From Nitrososphaeria archaeon (GTDB taxonomy: Archaea; Thermoproteota; Nitrososphaeria; Nitrososphaerales; JAAOZN01), in contig JARVJZ010000001.1 in assembly GCA_029775855.1 (NCBI GenBank), positions 288,001 through 352,000 of the forward strand: 64,000 nucleotides of DNA, read 5' to 3'. A program made the position numbers and the translations under genes. The notes beneath the pieces were generated by a model that worked only from the letters and a program-made list of their open reading frames with translations, searched no databases and was not told the DNA's origin. Below, in pieces: positions 10,082 to 19,624 of this stretch (its first letter is position 1; the number at the start of each line of letters is the position of its first letter).

Positions 10082-11578
10082 ATGGTAGTTAACTACACTA
10101 CCATTCTTCTAAAACTTATTAGTAGGTTCACTGGTAGTAATCTTGGATTGAGCAAAACAGCTTCAGCGGCGGCTGTAATTTCAGTCATAGCTTTAGTTTT
10201 CGCAGCTTTAAGCGGCTATTCAACCTTCACCACTATCCAAGAGCCTAAATCTGAAGCAATCACTGCTGATATAGCTGGGTTAAGAGAGGCGCTGAGTCAG
10301 CTGAATACGAAGATAGTTGGAGTAGAGTCTGAGATTCAAGCATTATCACGGAATGCCTCACAACTATCCAATCAAGTAACTCAGCTTAAGGCTGAAAGCC
10401 TGAGTATGCTGAAAAGCCTCTCTAACCTAAACCAAAGTATATCAACACCAACTATTCTGGAAGCTATCTTAACTCTCAACCAAACACTTACCTCGAAGCT
10501 AACAACCTTAGATCAGAGCCTATCCAGCCTAAAAAAGAGGGTCGACGAGAGTGAGTCAAAGGTTGCTGCGATAAATTCAACCCTGCAGAGCCTAAACTCA
10601 ACTATAACAACATTAAGCAAAGAGTTAGCAGCAGTAAGTAAGCAAACCCCTGGCAGAGTATACGAAAAGGTCTACAAGTCAGTTGTACTCATAAGAACAT
10701 CAATCGGACAAGGCTCAGGCTTCATATACGATGATAACTTGGTCTTAACCAACTGGCATGTGGTAGAAGGTGTTAACAGCGCTGATGTTCAATTCTATGA
10801 CCAAACACGAACCTCCGCTTCAGTGCTAGCTACAGACGCCTATTCTGATGTCGCTGTGCTTAAGATCGATCGCAGACCGCCTGACTCTCTACCTTTGAAG
10901 CTTGCGAACTCCTCTGAAATATGGATAGGTGAAACTGTAGTGGCCATAGGTAATCCGTTAGGGTTAACTGGAAGCCTCTCAGTAGGTGTGATAAGCCAAG
11001 TAAACAGACTTCTAAACTTAGATCCAATTATAGTCCCAGTGCTTCAACTAGACATAACCATAGCCCCAGGCAGCTCGGGAGGACCCCTATTGAACTTGGT
11101 TGGTGAAGTCGTTGGGATAACTAACGCAGGCACAACAGTAGGGTTTAGCTTCGCCATACCCTCGAATATAGTCAAAAGAGTAGCATCAGATTTAGTGTCA
11201 AAAGGCTACTATCAGCACCCCTACTTCGGCTTCTCTGCGATAGCCCTAACACCAGAAAGCGTCAGAGCATATAACATCATGGATGTTGACCCATTCCAAA
11301 ATGGATTACTGGTTACAAGAGTTCTGCCAAATACGCCAGCCGATAACGCAGGATTAAGGGCTGCGACGCAAGTAAGAACAGCTTCAGGCATAGCCTATAG
11401 ACCTGGAGATATCATTTTGGCTGTTGATGGTAAGCAGACCTATACATTTGAGGAGTGGTCTGCGTATGTTTCCCAGAATGTCTCACCTAACCAGAAGGTG
11501 GTGTTGACTATACTTAGAGAGGGGAAGGTCATTTCGCTGCAAATCATACCTACAGCAAGACCGCCTTACCAAGGCTGA
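10082..11578 (+). CDS. Membrane-anchored HtrA-like serine protease with coiled-coil stalk and PDZ domain
   Basis: TNWHVV, DVAVLK, PGSSGGPL catalytic triad motifs; N-terminal TM; long heptad region; C-terminal PDZ; likely start TTG 10148. Confidence 0.9.
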   Translation: MVVNYTTILLKLISRFTGSNLGLSKTASAAAVISVIALVFAALSGYSTFTTIQEPKSEAITADIAGLREALSQLNTKIVGVESEIQALSRNASQLSNQVTQLKAESLSMLKSLSNLNQSISTPTILEAILTLNQTLTSKLTTLDQSLSSLKKRVDESESKVAAINSTLQSLNSTITTLSKELAAVSKQTPGRVYEKVYKSVVLIRTSIGQGSGFIYDDNLVLTNWHVVEGVNSADVQFYDQTRTSASVLATDAYSDVAVLKIDRRPPDSLPLKLANSSEIWIGETVVAIGNPLGLTGSLSVGVISQVNRLLNLDPIIVPVLQLDITIAPGSSGGPLLNLVGEVVGITNAGTTVGFSFAIPSNIVKRVASDLVSKGYYQHPYFGFSAIALTPESVRAYNIMDVDPFQNGLLVTRVLPNTPADNAGLRAATQVRTASGIAYRPGDIILAVDGKQTYTFEEWSAYVSQNVSPNQKVVLTILREGKVISLQIIPTARPPYQG

Positions 11579-11645
11579 GTTTAAGGTAACCTACTGCTTA
11601 AATACTTAATCTGATAAACATCCTAGATTGTAGAGGTCATAGGAC

Positions 11646-11789
11646 TTGCCTCAAGCATACTGTGTGAAGTGCAGGAAGAAGGTTGAAATCAAGAACCCTA
11701 CGCAGACCACTTTAAAGAATAAGAAGCCAGCAGTAGTTGGTGTCTGCCCTAACTGTGGAACAAAAGTCTTCAGAATAGGTAAAGCTTAG
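11646..11789 (+). CDS. Small basic zinc-ribbon protein (DUF5679-like, Cren7-related)
   Basis: Not in ORF track; my translation MPQAYCVKCRKKVEIKNPTQTTLKNKKPAVVGVCPNCGTKVFRIGKA; CTTAAATA TATA-like box near 11598; T-tract near 11810. Confidence 0.85.
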   Translation: MPQAYCVKCRKKVEIKNPTQTTLKNKKPAVVGVCPNCGTKVFRIGKA

Positions 11790-11903
11790 GGTTACTTACC
11801 ACCCACCCCTTTTTTCTTAAGAATCGCATGATAACCAAATGATGAGCTGTTCATTGTTTACCCAAAAAGATAAAAAACGCTAATGCAACTATACTTATAG
11901 TAG

Positions 11904-12386
11904 ATGCGAAATAAAAATCCTAGCAGCATAAAAAAGAGTCGTAGAAACGCCATCAAGAGTATACTAATCTTAGCTGGAGTGGCTGTTTTCAGCGCGCTCA
12001 TCTTTAACAGCTTCTTTGCAAAAGAAAGAAGTGTTGAGCTCAAAAAGCTACGAATCACCAATATAAAAGATGTTCCGAAGGGTACAGCTTACACATTTAA
12101 CGGCAGTTTATTAGATCAAAATCTTAAAGAAATATCTGGGCCTTTCATATTGATTCATCTACATAATGGGGAAATAAAGGCATTCTCCGCTGTATGCACA
12201 CACCTTGGGTGCACGACAAAATATAGTCAAGATACGAATATGATTGAGTGCCCTTGTCATGGTGGAAGATTTAACCCTCAGACTGGTGCTGTCGTCTCAG
12301 GTCCGCCGAATAAACCTCTACCAGAGGTTAATTTGACAGTAGATTCTAATGGTGATGTATATGCCATAGGTGTGAGAACACAATAG
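11904..12386 (+). CDS. Rieske 2Fe-2S protein (copy 1), Tat-like signal
   Basis: SRRNAIK plus TM helix; CTHLGC and CPCHGG. Confidence 0.93.
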   Translation: MRNKNPSSIKKSRRNAIKSILILAGVAVFSALIFNSFFAKERSVELKKLRITNIKDVPKGTAYTFNGSLLDQNLKEISGPFILIHLHNGEIKAFSAVCTHLGCTTKYSQDTNMIECPCHGGRFNPQTGAVVSGPPNKPLPEVNLTVDSNGDVYAIGVRTQ

Positions 12387-12434
12387 TGAGATTTATTAAT
12401 TATATGCAGAGCGCTTAAACTCTTTTGTGGAGTG

Positions 12435-13439
12435 TTAGTCTTCAAATCGTTCAAGTATTCTTTGCTTTTTTAAAGCGAATATATCTGTGTAAAGCGGCGT
12501 TCCTCCCCTTTTACGCTGCAAGTGGTTGTATGCGCTTAACGCTGCTCTAGCACCATCTCCAGCCGAGATTACTATCTGTTTATATCTGCTGTCTGTTATA
12601 TCGCCGGCTGCGAAAACTCCTGCTCTGCTCGTGCAGCAGTCTCGATCTGTCTTTACTTTACCATTTTCGTCGAGTTCAACAAATCCTTTAAGGAAATCTG
12701 TCTTGGCTTCAAAGCCTAGCTCAATAAAGAGATAGTCAACCTTGATTTCACGTTGAGCTTCTCCAAATGGTCCTTGGACGATGATGGATTCTAGTCTATC
12801 TGAGCCTTTAACCTCTGATACAGATGAGAGAGTTATTAATTCAACGTTTTTCTTATCTTCTAAGAATCTTGTCAGATCTATTGGCTCACCTATTCCACCC
12901 CACCAATAAATCAAATATACCTTTTCAGCAACTCTAGAAAGTAATGATGTAGATAGGAGAACCCTTTCTCCGAAGCCTACTACAGCAACAACTTTACCTT
13001 TGCATTCCTCGAGATCACAATAGGCACAGTAAGATATACCTCTACCTTCATATTTCTCCTCATCTTTAACCTCTAAGCGCTTAGGAGTTTCGCCGAATGC
13101 CAATATGAGTGTATAGCTCTCTATTTCCCCACGTGTAGTCAGTATGTGGAAAATGCTGTTTCCATCCTCCCATACTTTAAGCACTTCTGCAAACACAAAA
13201 TTAGCACCATAGCTTCTAGCCTGCTGCTCAAATCTGCTCATTAGCTCTAACCCTGTTATCGATAGAAAACCAGGGTAGTTTTCGATGCTTCTACGTGAAT
13301 AAGGTGAGTTGATTAGCGCTCTCCCTCCTATCTCTCTTGTTATTATAATTGTGCTTAATCCGAGCCTTGAGGTGAAGATTGCTGCAGAGAGCCCAGCGCT
13401 ACCTCCGCCTACCACCGCAACATCATATATCTCCACCAT
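12435..13439 (-). CDS. Thioredoxin reductase-like flavoprotein with degenerate NAD(P)H site
   Basis: VVGGGSAGLSAA, IENYPGF, GISYCAYCD, GVFAAGD; second nucleotide-binding motif reads GFGERV. Confidence 0.88.
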   Translation of the reverse strand: MVEIYDVAVVGGGSAGLSAAIFTSRLGLSTIIITREIGGRALINSPYSRRSIENYPGFLSITGLELMSRFEQQARSYGANFVFAEVLKVWEDGNSIFHILTTRGEIESYTLILAFGETPKRLEVKDEEKYEGRGISYCAYCDLEECKGKVVAVVGFGERVLLSTSLLSRVAEKVYLIYWWGGIGEPIDLTRFLEDKKNVELITLSSVSEVKGSDRLESIIVQGPFGEAQREIKVDYLFIELGFEAKTDFLKGFVELDENGKVKTDRDCCTSRAGVFAAGDITDSRYKQIVISAGDGARAALSAYNHLQRKRGGTPLYTDIFALKKQRILERFED

Positions 13440-13563
13440 TTTCTATACCCAACTAATCAGAAATAAAAAAAGTAAAAAGGTTACTATTAAACTTTATATT
13501 AAAAATTCAATGAAATATAGTTAACATTAAATACTCCTCAAGCAAAGAGAATAATAGATATCT

Positions 13564-16146
13564 ATGCACACACTTGAAAAGATCAAAAAAGATGAGATAT
13601 GGCAAGACGAATGGATACCAACCGTATGCAGCATGTGTCTACATCATTGCGGAGTGCTTGTACACGTTGTAAATGGTGTCGCTATCAAAGTTGACCCAGA
13701 CCCAGATTGCCCAGATAACGAAGGGCATAACTGCGCAAAAGCACAAGGTCTTTTACTTAAGCAGTATGATCCGCATAGGATTACGAAGCCTCTTATGCGC
13801 ACAAACTCTGAAAAGGGTGTCGGTGTAGATCCGAAGTGGAAGGAGATAACTTGGGATGAAGCTTGGTCGATAATAGTTGAGAAGTTCAAGAGGATCTTAA
13901 AGGAGGATCCACGTAAACTACTATATGCGGGTACAGACTTCAGAAGAAGCTGGATTTGGGCTTGGGGCGGCGCGGTCTTCGGCACACCTAACGGCTTCTT
14001 TAGCGATGTAGGAACTACTTGTGGTGGAGGCTACCATCCAGTGAACGGGATAATGTTCGGCTCCTTCGCAACACAGCCAGACTGGTACCGCTGCAACTAT
14101 CTTCTTCAGATTGGGGGTGGTGATGGGTTTGAGTCGCATCTACATTTAGCGGGTAATGCGAAGAGGTGTGCTGACGCTAGAATGAGGGGTATGAAGGTTG
14201 TCTCAGTAGATCCGAGGATGGCTACCGTATCCGTGAAGGCTGATGAGTGGATACCGATAAGGCCTGGAACAGACGGATGCTTTGTTCTATCACTCATGTA
14301 CGTGATGGTGCACGAGCTTGGAAAGTATGATAAGGAGTTTCTTAAGAAGCGTACAAATGCGCCATACCTCATAGGAGCAGATGGCTATTACGTCAGAGAT
14401 AGGGATAGTAAGAAGCCTCTAATATGGGATCCAATAGATCAGAAGCCTAAGCCCTTCAACGACAAGTCGATAAAAGACTTCGCACTCCTAGGAACATATT
14501 TTGTTGATGGCGTAGAATGCAAACCAGCCTTCCAACTTCTATTTGATAAACTCAAAGAATACCCACCTGAAAAGGCTGAGAAGATAACCACAGTACCAGC
14601 GTCCACAATAAGGAGAATCGCAAAAGAGTTTGTTGAAGCGGCGAGAATAGGTGAAACCATAGTCATAGATGGGGTGGAATACCCGTATAGACCAGCTTGT
14701 CTACAGTGGTATCGAGGAGCACACGCACACGAGCACTCATGGCTCGACAACCTCGCGTTCAAAACCTTGAACCTACTCGTAGGAAACACAGATATGCCAG
14801 GTGGGCACCTAAACATACCCCTAGGTTGGGACCCACATATAGATGCTTGGAGCTTGAAGTATCTTGGTAGACCGGGTCCGTCTTGGAACTTTGTCGAGCC
14901 TGATGAGGATGGTGTAACTAAGCCTTGGCTCTACGAGCTTAGACCACCTGTGCCATTCAAGTATCCTCCAGATCATCTGGATCTGCTTGAATATCTGCCT
15001 GTTGCTGTTGAGCCAGGGCACATATACCCTGAGGCTATTCTTAACCCCGATAGGTTTGGCATCACATATAGGCCTGAGGCTGCGCTCTTCATACACGCTA
15101 ATCCCGTGTGGAACATACCCGAGTCGTTCAAGACCATAGAAGCCATCAAAAAGCTCGACTTAGTGGTTGCTATGGATGTTCAAGCTGTGAGCGAAACAAC
15201 CTCTTTAGCCGATATCGTGCTACCAGACTACACCTACCTCGAAGCCTGGGGCATAGAGCACTGTGAAACACCCTTCATATGGGGACACATACTCAGACGC
15301 CCAGTGCTTAAACCTCCAGAAACATGCATGGACGCTACGGACTTTCTAACAGAACTCTCAGATAGGCTCGGAATCTTAGATAAGTGGAATGGATTCTTGA
15401 ACTGGCGCTTCATAGCGCCGTTCGGTAAGAATGAGTATCTGCTTGAACCTAATAGGAAGTATAGGGTTGAGGAGTTTCTTGATAGGTGGATGAGGGCGCA
15501 GCACGGCGTCGGCTTAGACTGGTTCATCGAGCATAAGTGGAATATGAGGAAGAAGACCCCTAAGGAGCTCTACTGGCCTTATGGTGATACGAGGATACCT
15601 CTATACGTTATGTGTGTGAAGCAGTATGGTGATGAGCTTAGGAAGCAGTTTGCGGAGCTAGGCTACCCGAAGGATTGGATGAAGAATTGGTGCGACGACT
15701 ACCTACCGCTACCAGAGTGGAAGCCCTCCAAGATACACAACCCAGATTCAGAATACGACCTATACATGATATACTACAAGCTCCCGCATATAACATTCAG
15801 CGACTTGGCTACAGGCGCTTGGATCTCGGAGGTGCTGCAGAAGAGAGCAGACATAGTCAGAGTTCAGATAAACACTCAAACCGCTAGGAAGAAGGGGCTC
15901 AAAGACGGAGACAAAGTGATAATAAGATCCAAAACGGCGCAGATGAAGGCTATAGTGCACGTCACTGAAGGTGTCCATCCAGATGTGGTAGCAGTAAGCA
16001 ACGCAGGCAAATGGGTCAAACACCCTTGGGCGATAAACTATGCACCAACCTCAAGCGCCCTACTACAAGGAGGCGTAGACTTTACATGCAAGGTCTCAGG
16101 ATGCCCAGAAACCGCGACTAGAGTTACAATTGAGAAGGAGGCTTAA
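13564..16146 (+). CDS. DMSO-reductase-family molybdopterin oxidoreductase, catalytic subunit (PadB/ArrA/PsrA-like), no Tat signal
   Basis: CSMCLHHC...CAK FS0 motif; RTNSEKGVGVDPKWKEITWDEA; ADEWIPIRPGTD; ADIVLPD; C-terminal dinucleotide-binding domain. Confidence 0.9.
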   Translation: MHTLEKIKKDEIWQDEWIPTVCSMCLHHCGVLVHVVNGVAIKVDPDPDCPDNEGHNCAKAQGLLLKQYDPHRITKPLMRTNSEKGVGVDPKWKEITWDEAWSIIVEKFKRILKEDPRKLLYAGTDFRRSWIWAWGGAVFGTPNGFFSDVGTTCGGGYHPVNGIMFGSFATQPDWYRCNYLLQIGGGDGFESHLHLAGNAKRCADARMRGMKVVSVDPRMATVSVKADEWIPIRPGTDGCFVLSLMYVMVHELGKYDKEFLKKRTNAPYLIGADGYYVRDRDSKKPLIWDPIDQKPKPFNDKSIKDFALLGTYFVDGVECKPAFQLLFDKLKEYPPEKAEKITTVPASTIRRIAKEFVEAARIGETIVIDGVEYPYRPACLQWYRGAHAHEHSWLDNLAFKTLNLLVGNTDMPGGHLNIPLGWDPHIDAWSLKYLGRPGPSWNFVEPDEDGVTKPWLYELRPPVPFKYPPDHLDLLEYLPVAVEPGHIYPEAILNPDRFGITYRPEAALFIHANPVWNIPESFKTIEAIKKLDLVVAMDVQAVSETTSLADIVLPDYTYLEAWGIEHCETPFIWGHILRRPVLKPPETCMDATDFLTELSDRLGILDKWNGFLNWRFIAPFGKNEYLLEPNRKYRVEEFLDRWMRAQHGVGLDWFIEHKWNMRKKTPKELYWPYGDTRIPLYVMCVKQYGDELRKQFAELGYPKDWMKNWCDDYLPLPEWKPSKIHNPDSEYDLYMIYYKLPHITFSDLATGAWISEVLQKRADIVRVQINTQTARKKGLKDGDKVIIRSKTAQMKAIVHVTEGVHPDVVAVSNAGKWVKHPWAINYAPTSSALLQGGVDFTCKVSGCPETATRVTIEKEA

Positions 16147-16149
16147 ACC

Positions 16150-16761
16150 TTGGTTAGGCTTGGGATGATAATCGACCTAAAGAGGTGCATAGGCTGCGAC
16201 AGCTGCACACTAGCCTGCAAAGCAGAGCAAGGCACACCAAAAGGTGTACTCTTTTCACGTGTCTACCGTAAACTTTACGGCGAGTACCCTAGGGTGAAGG
16301 GATTCTTTCTACCAGTGCTATGTAACCATTGTGAGAACCCCTCATGCGAGAAAGCTTGTCCAACAAGAGCGATCTACCGAACAAAGGATGGTGTAGTGCT
16401 CATAGATGAGGAAAAGTGCTCTGGTGTTAGAGCTTGCGTTTCAGCCTGCCCATATGGCGCCATATTCTTCCCTCTTGAAGATGGGTACTTCCCAAATAAG
16501 ATGACAGTATACGAGGAGTTTCATAACAAGTATAGGAAGAAGGATATAGCGTTAAAGTGTAACCTATGCTACCATAGGCTTAAGGAGGGGAAGGAGCCTG
16601 CTTGTGTCGTAGCCTGCCCCACAGAATGCAGAATCTTTGGAGACTTGGATGACCCGAACAGCAAACCCAACAGATATATACGTGAAAGGAAGCCGCAAGT
16701 TAAACCCTTACCTCTCAGACCTGAAACTGGAAATAAACCTAAGGTACTCTACCTACCCTAA
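16150..16761 (+). CDS. 4x[4Fe-4S] electron-transfer subunit (DmsB/NrfC/PadC-like)
   Basis: CIGCDSCTLAC, CNHCENPSCEKACP, CSGVRACVSACP, CNLC...CVVACP. Confidence 0.92.
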   Translation: MVRLGMIIDLKRCIGCDSCTLACKAEQGTPKGVLFSRVYRKLYGEYPRVKGFFLPVLCNHCENPSCEKACPTRAIYRTKDGVVLIDEEKCSGVRACVSACPYGAIFFPLEDGYFPNKMTVYEEFHNKYRKKDIALKCNLCYHRLKEGKEPACVVACPTECRIFGDLDDPNSKPNRYIRERKPQVKPLPLRPETGNKPKVLYLP

Positions 16762-16770
16762 GACCCTCTT

Positions 16771-17544
16771 TTATTCTAATCCTTCTTTAGGTCGAGTTGA
16801 AGCGATCTTCGCTGAGCTAAGGTAAAACGATTCAAGAGCATAATCTGTAAGCTCTTCGCCTTTAAAGTCAATTAATATGTTTCTCTTTTCGAGCTCAACC
16901 CTAAATCTTTCAAAGAACTTTGCGTAAGGCGCGACCGCAACATGCATAAACTTTGTAAAGGGCATCGCTAAGAGCGAAGCCGCTACAGCAATAAGATGCA
17001 GCACATAAATAGTAAAGTCCATAGAGAAGGCTGGCTCCACAGCACCGTAATACTTCATTAGAAAACCTGTTCCAACAGCTGCACATAATAAAGCTAGGAA
17101 TGGGCCGTCAGCGTAAGGGCTTGTCGTCTCACGCTTACCTTGTAGAAAACGTATTAACGCCAGAAGCCCACCTACAAGCACAGCAACTACACCCATAGTA
17201 TTTAGAGACCAAAGAAGGTCTGTAGGTGGTGTTGTGCTGACCTCAGGTCCAAATCCATACATAATTAATGCCGCTATGAAGATTGCTACTGAACCCCAGA
17301 ATATGAGCATATGCTTAAGCCATCTAAGTTTATGGGTTGAGAAGAGAGGCGTTAAAAGGAAGACGTCGAGCACCAATGTTTGGAAGAAGACTTTCACTTT
17401 TAGGCTGAAGCTTAGTTTTTCTATTTCATCCATCATACGTTCAGGAATAGCGTTTCTATGCAACCTATCTATTCTGTAAATCAACCATAAACCAATTATG
17501 ATTGTTAAGAACACGCCTTCCCTGCAGACCAAGCCATTCATCAC
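16771..17544 (-). CDS. NarI/HdrE/QmoC-like heme b membrane subunit
   Basis: Multiple TM helices; RWLKHMLIFWG and LHL...PFTKFMH histidine motifs; AGGAGA RBS upstream. Confidence 0.78.
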   Translation of the reverse strand: MMNGLVCREGVFLTIIIGLWLIYRIDRLHRNAIPERMMDEIEKLSFSLKVKVFFQTLVLDVFLLTPLFSTHKLRWLKHMLIFWGSVAIFIAALIMYGFGPEVSTTPPTDLLWSLNTMGVVAVLVGGLLALIRFLQGKRETTSPYADGPFLALLCAAVGTGFLMKYYGAVEPAFSMDFTIYVLHLIAVAASLLAMPFTKFMHVAVAPYAKFFERFRVELEKRNILIDFKGEELTDYALESFYLSSAKIASTRPKEGLE

Positions 17545-17733
17545 AGCTTAAATCTCCTATAAAAGAGTTTTGGCTTAGTAAAAATTGATACATAATATTC
17601 TTCGTAGATTGTATTGGTTATATTGGTGTGTATATTGTAGTATTTTTGAATGTTCTGATATGAATTGACATCCAAGACTAAAAGCAAAAATGTTATATGC
17701 AGAATTTGTAAGAGTAATAAGTTCGGATAGAAT

Positions 17734-18222
17734 ATGTCAGATAGAAACGATGCTTCTGAAGATTTTAAAACTTCACGCAGAAATGCTATAAAAGGTATGC
17801 TAACCATCTCAGGTTTATCCCTACTTAGCGTACTTAGCTTCGGAAGCTATATAGCAAAAGAAAGAAAAGTTGTTTATGAAAAGATCAGAATCGCAAACAT
17901 AAAAGATGTCCCTAAAGGCACAGCTTACACATTCAACTATCCGTTCAGCGACCTAAATCAAGTAGATATATCAGGGCCTTGCATGTTAATTCACCTACCT
18001 AATGGTGAGTTGAAGGCATATTCATCAATATGCACACATCTCCGTTGCATAGTAAGATATAGTGAAGAAAATAATATCATACAATGCTTATGCCACGGTG
18101 GGAAATTTGATCCCCAGACTGGCTCAGTCCTCTCAGGTCCTCCAAAAAGACCTTTGCCAGAGGTTAACTTGATTGTGGATTCTAACGGCGACGTATATGC
18201 TACTGGTGTAAAAATATTGTAG
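17734..18222 (+). CDS. Rieske 2Fe-2S protein (copy 2), Tat-like signal
   Basis: SRRNAIK plus TM; CTHLRC and CLCHGG; directly upstream of cytochrome b. Confidence 0.92.
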   Translation: MSDRNDASEDFKTSRRNAIKGMLTISGLSLLSVLSFGSYIAKERKVVYEKIRIANIKDVPKGTAYTFNYPFSDLNQVDISGPCMLIHLPNGELKAYSSICTHLRCIVRYSEENNIIQCLCHGGKFDPQTGSVLSGPPKRPLPEVNLIVDSNGDVYATGVKIL

Positions 18223-18235
18223 AAGGTGTGTTGGA

Positions 18236-19624
18236 TTGAGTGAAGAGGAGAAGGGTGTTAAAGGGTGGTTTGATCTTCGTCTCCGTCTTAGAAACTTCTT
18301 AGACCGTGATACGCCTAAGTATTCTACTAACCCACTTTACGGCTTAGGCGGCTTAGCCTTAGCTTGTGGAATAATAGTGATAATCACAGGTTGGCTCTTA
18401 TCAATCTATTATGAGCCGTCTCTAGAACACGCTTTCGAGAGTGTCAGAAGAATATCAGAAGAGATTCCTTATGGTAGTGTTATACGCTCTATACATAGAT
18501 ATGGAGCTGATCTTATCATCATATTTGCTATAATGCACTTCCTACGCGTCTTCTTCACAGCCTCCTATAGAAAGCCTAGGGACTTAACCTACATCATAGG
18601 GATCTTAGCCGGTATAGCTATTGTGTTAACATCTTATGCTGGGTACTCTCTTCCATTGAACGAAGTTTCAGTTGCTGCAACATATATAGGTGTAGGTCTA
18701 ATACTGTCTATACCATTTATCGGTAATTGGCTTACGTCAGTCCTTCTTGGAGGTGGCGGATTAAATGACATATTAAGTAGATACTACACCTACCACCTGG
18801 CGGTACTCCCAGCGGTAATTGTGCTCTTGCTTCTAATACACTTCTACCTAGTAAGAACACATCGAGTCTCTGAACCGTATAGCAGCAAACAAGACACAAC
18901 ACCAGTACCGTTCTACCCTAATTTACTCCTAACCGAGATTTCAGCAATATTTCTACTTGTAGGCATATTGATTGTGGTAAGCAGCATCTTCCCAGTACCA
19001 GTAGGAGAAAGGTTTGACCCAACAAAGCCTACAGGTATAATAGAGCCAGAATGGTATCTACTAGCTACTTATGCGCTGATAAAGACTGGACTACCAGTAT
19101 TTGAGTCAGGAATTTTATTCACAGCAGCTATATTACTCATCCTCATCTGCATCCCGTTTATAGATATCGGAGGAAATAGGCATCCTAAGTACAGACCTTT
19201 CTACACAGCATTAGGTATAACTCTAGCTCTTGAGTTCCTAATATTTACAATCTGGGGGTATGTTACGCCGGGTCAAACAATACCGTTAAGCGGCGCAATA
19301 ACAGTAGGCGTCGGGGTGGCTGCAGCAGTTTTCATAGCGTCTCTTATCTTAAGATATAGGGTACCTATGAGCAGCGTTGAGGCAGAGGTAACTCTACCCA
19401 TAACCTCTTCAAGCAGCAATTCTACACCAAGTTGGATTACACCCACAGCCGCTTTGCTAACCGCTGTAAGCATAATACTAGCTGCGGCGGCAGTCTATTA
19501 CCACGTGTCTGGACTTTGGTTGAATACAGCGCTGCTAGTGGGCTTAGATTTCATAGTCTTCTCAGCTTTCCTCTACATCTATAGAGCAGCCTACTACCCC
19601 TACGTAAGCAGAAGAATTGGCTGA
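18236..19624 (+). CDS. Cytochrome b of a Rieske/cytb complex (fused b6 plus subunit IV type)
   Basis: Four heme His in RSIHRYG..IMHFLR and YTYHL..LIHFY; PFYP and PEWY motifs; extra C-terminal TM helices. Confidence 0.93.
   Translation: MSEEEKGVKGWFDLRLRLRNFLDRDTPKYSTNPLYGLGGLALACGIIVIITGWLLSIYYEPSLEHAFESVRRISEEIPYGSVIRSIHRYGADLIIIFAIMHFLRVFFTASYRKPRDLTYIIGILAGIAIVLTSYAGYSLPLNEVSVAATYIGVGLILSIPFIGNWLTSVLLGGGGLNDILSRYYTYHLAVLPAVIVLLLLIHFYLVRTHRVSEPYSSKQDTTPVPFYPNLLLTEISAIFLLVGILIVVSSIFPVPVGERFDPTKPTGIIEPEWYLLATYALIKTGLPVFESGILFTAAILLILICIPFIDIGGNRHPKYRPFYTALGITLALEFLIFTIWGYVTPGQTIPLSGAITVGVGVAAAVFIASLILRYRVPMSSVEAEVTLPITSSSSNSTPSWITPTAALLTAVSIILAAAAVYYHVSGLWLNTALLVGLDFIVFSAFLYIYRAAYYPYVSRRIG

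Noticed and set aside
11839-11900. C/D box sRNA (ATGATGA C-box match)
   Set aside because: No appropriately spaced CTGA D/D' boxes downstream
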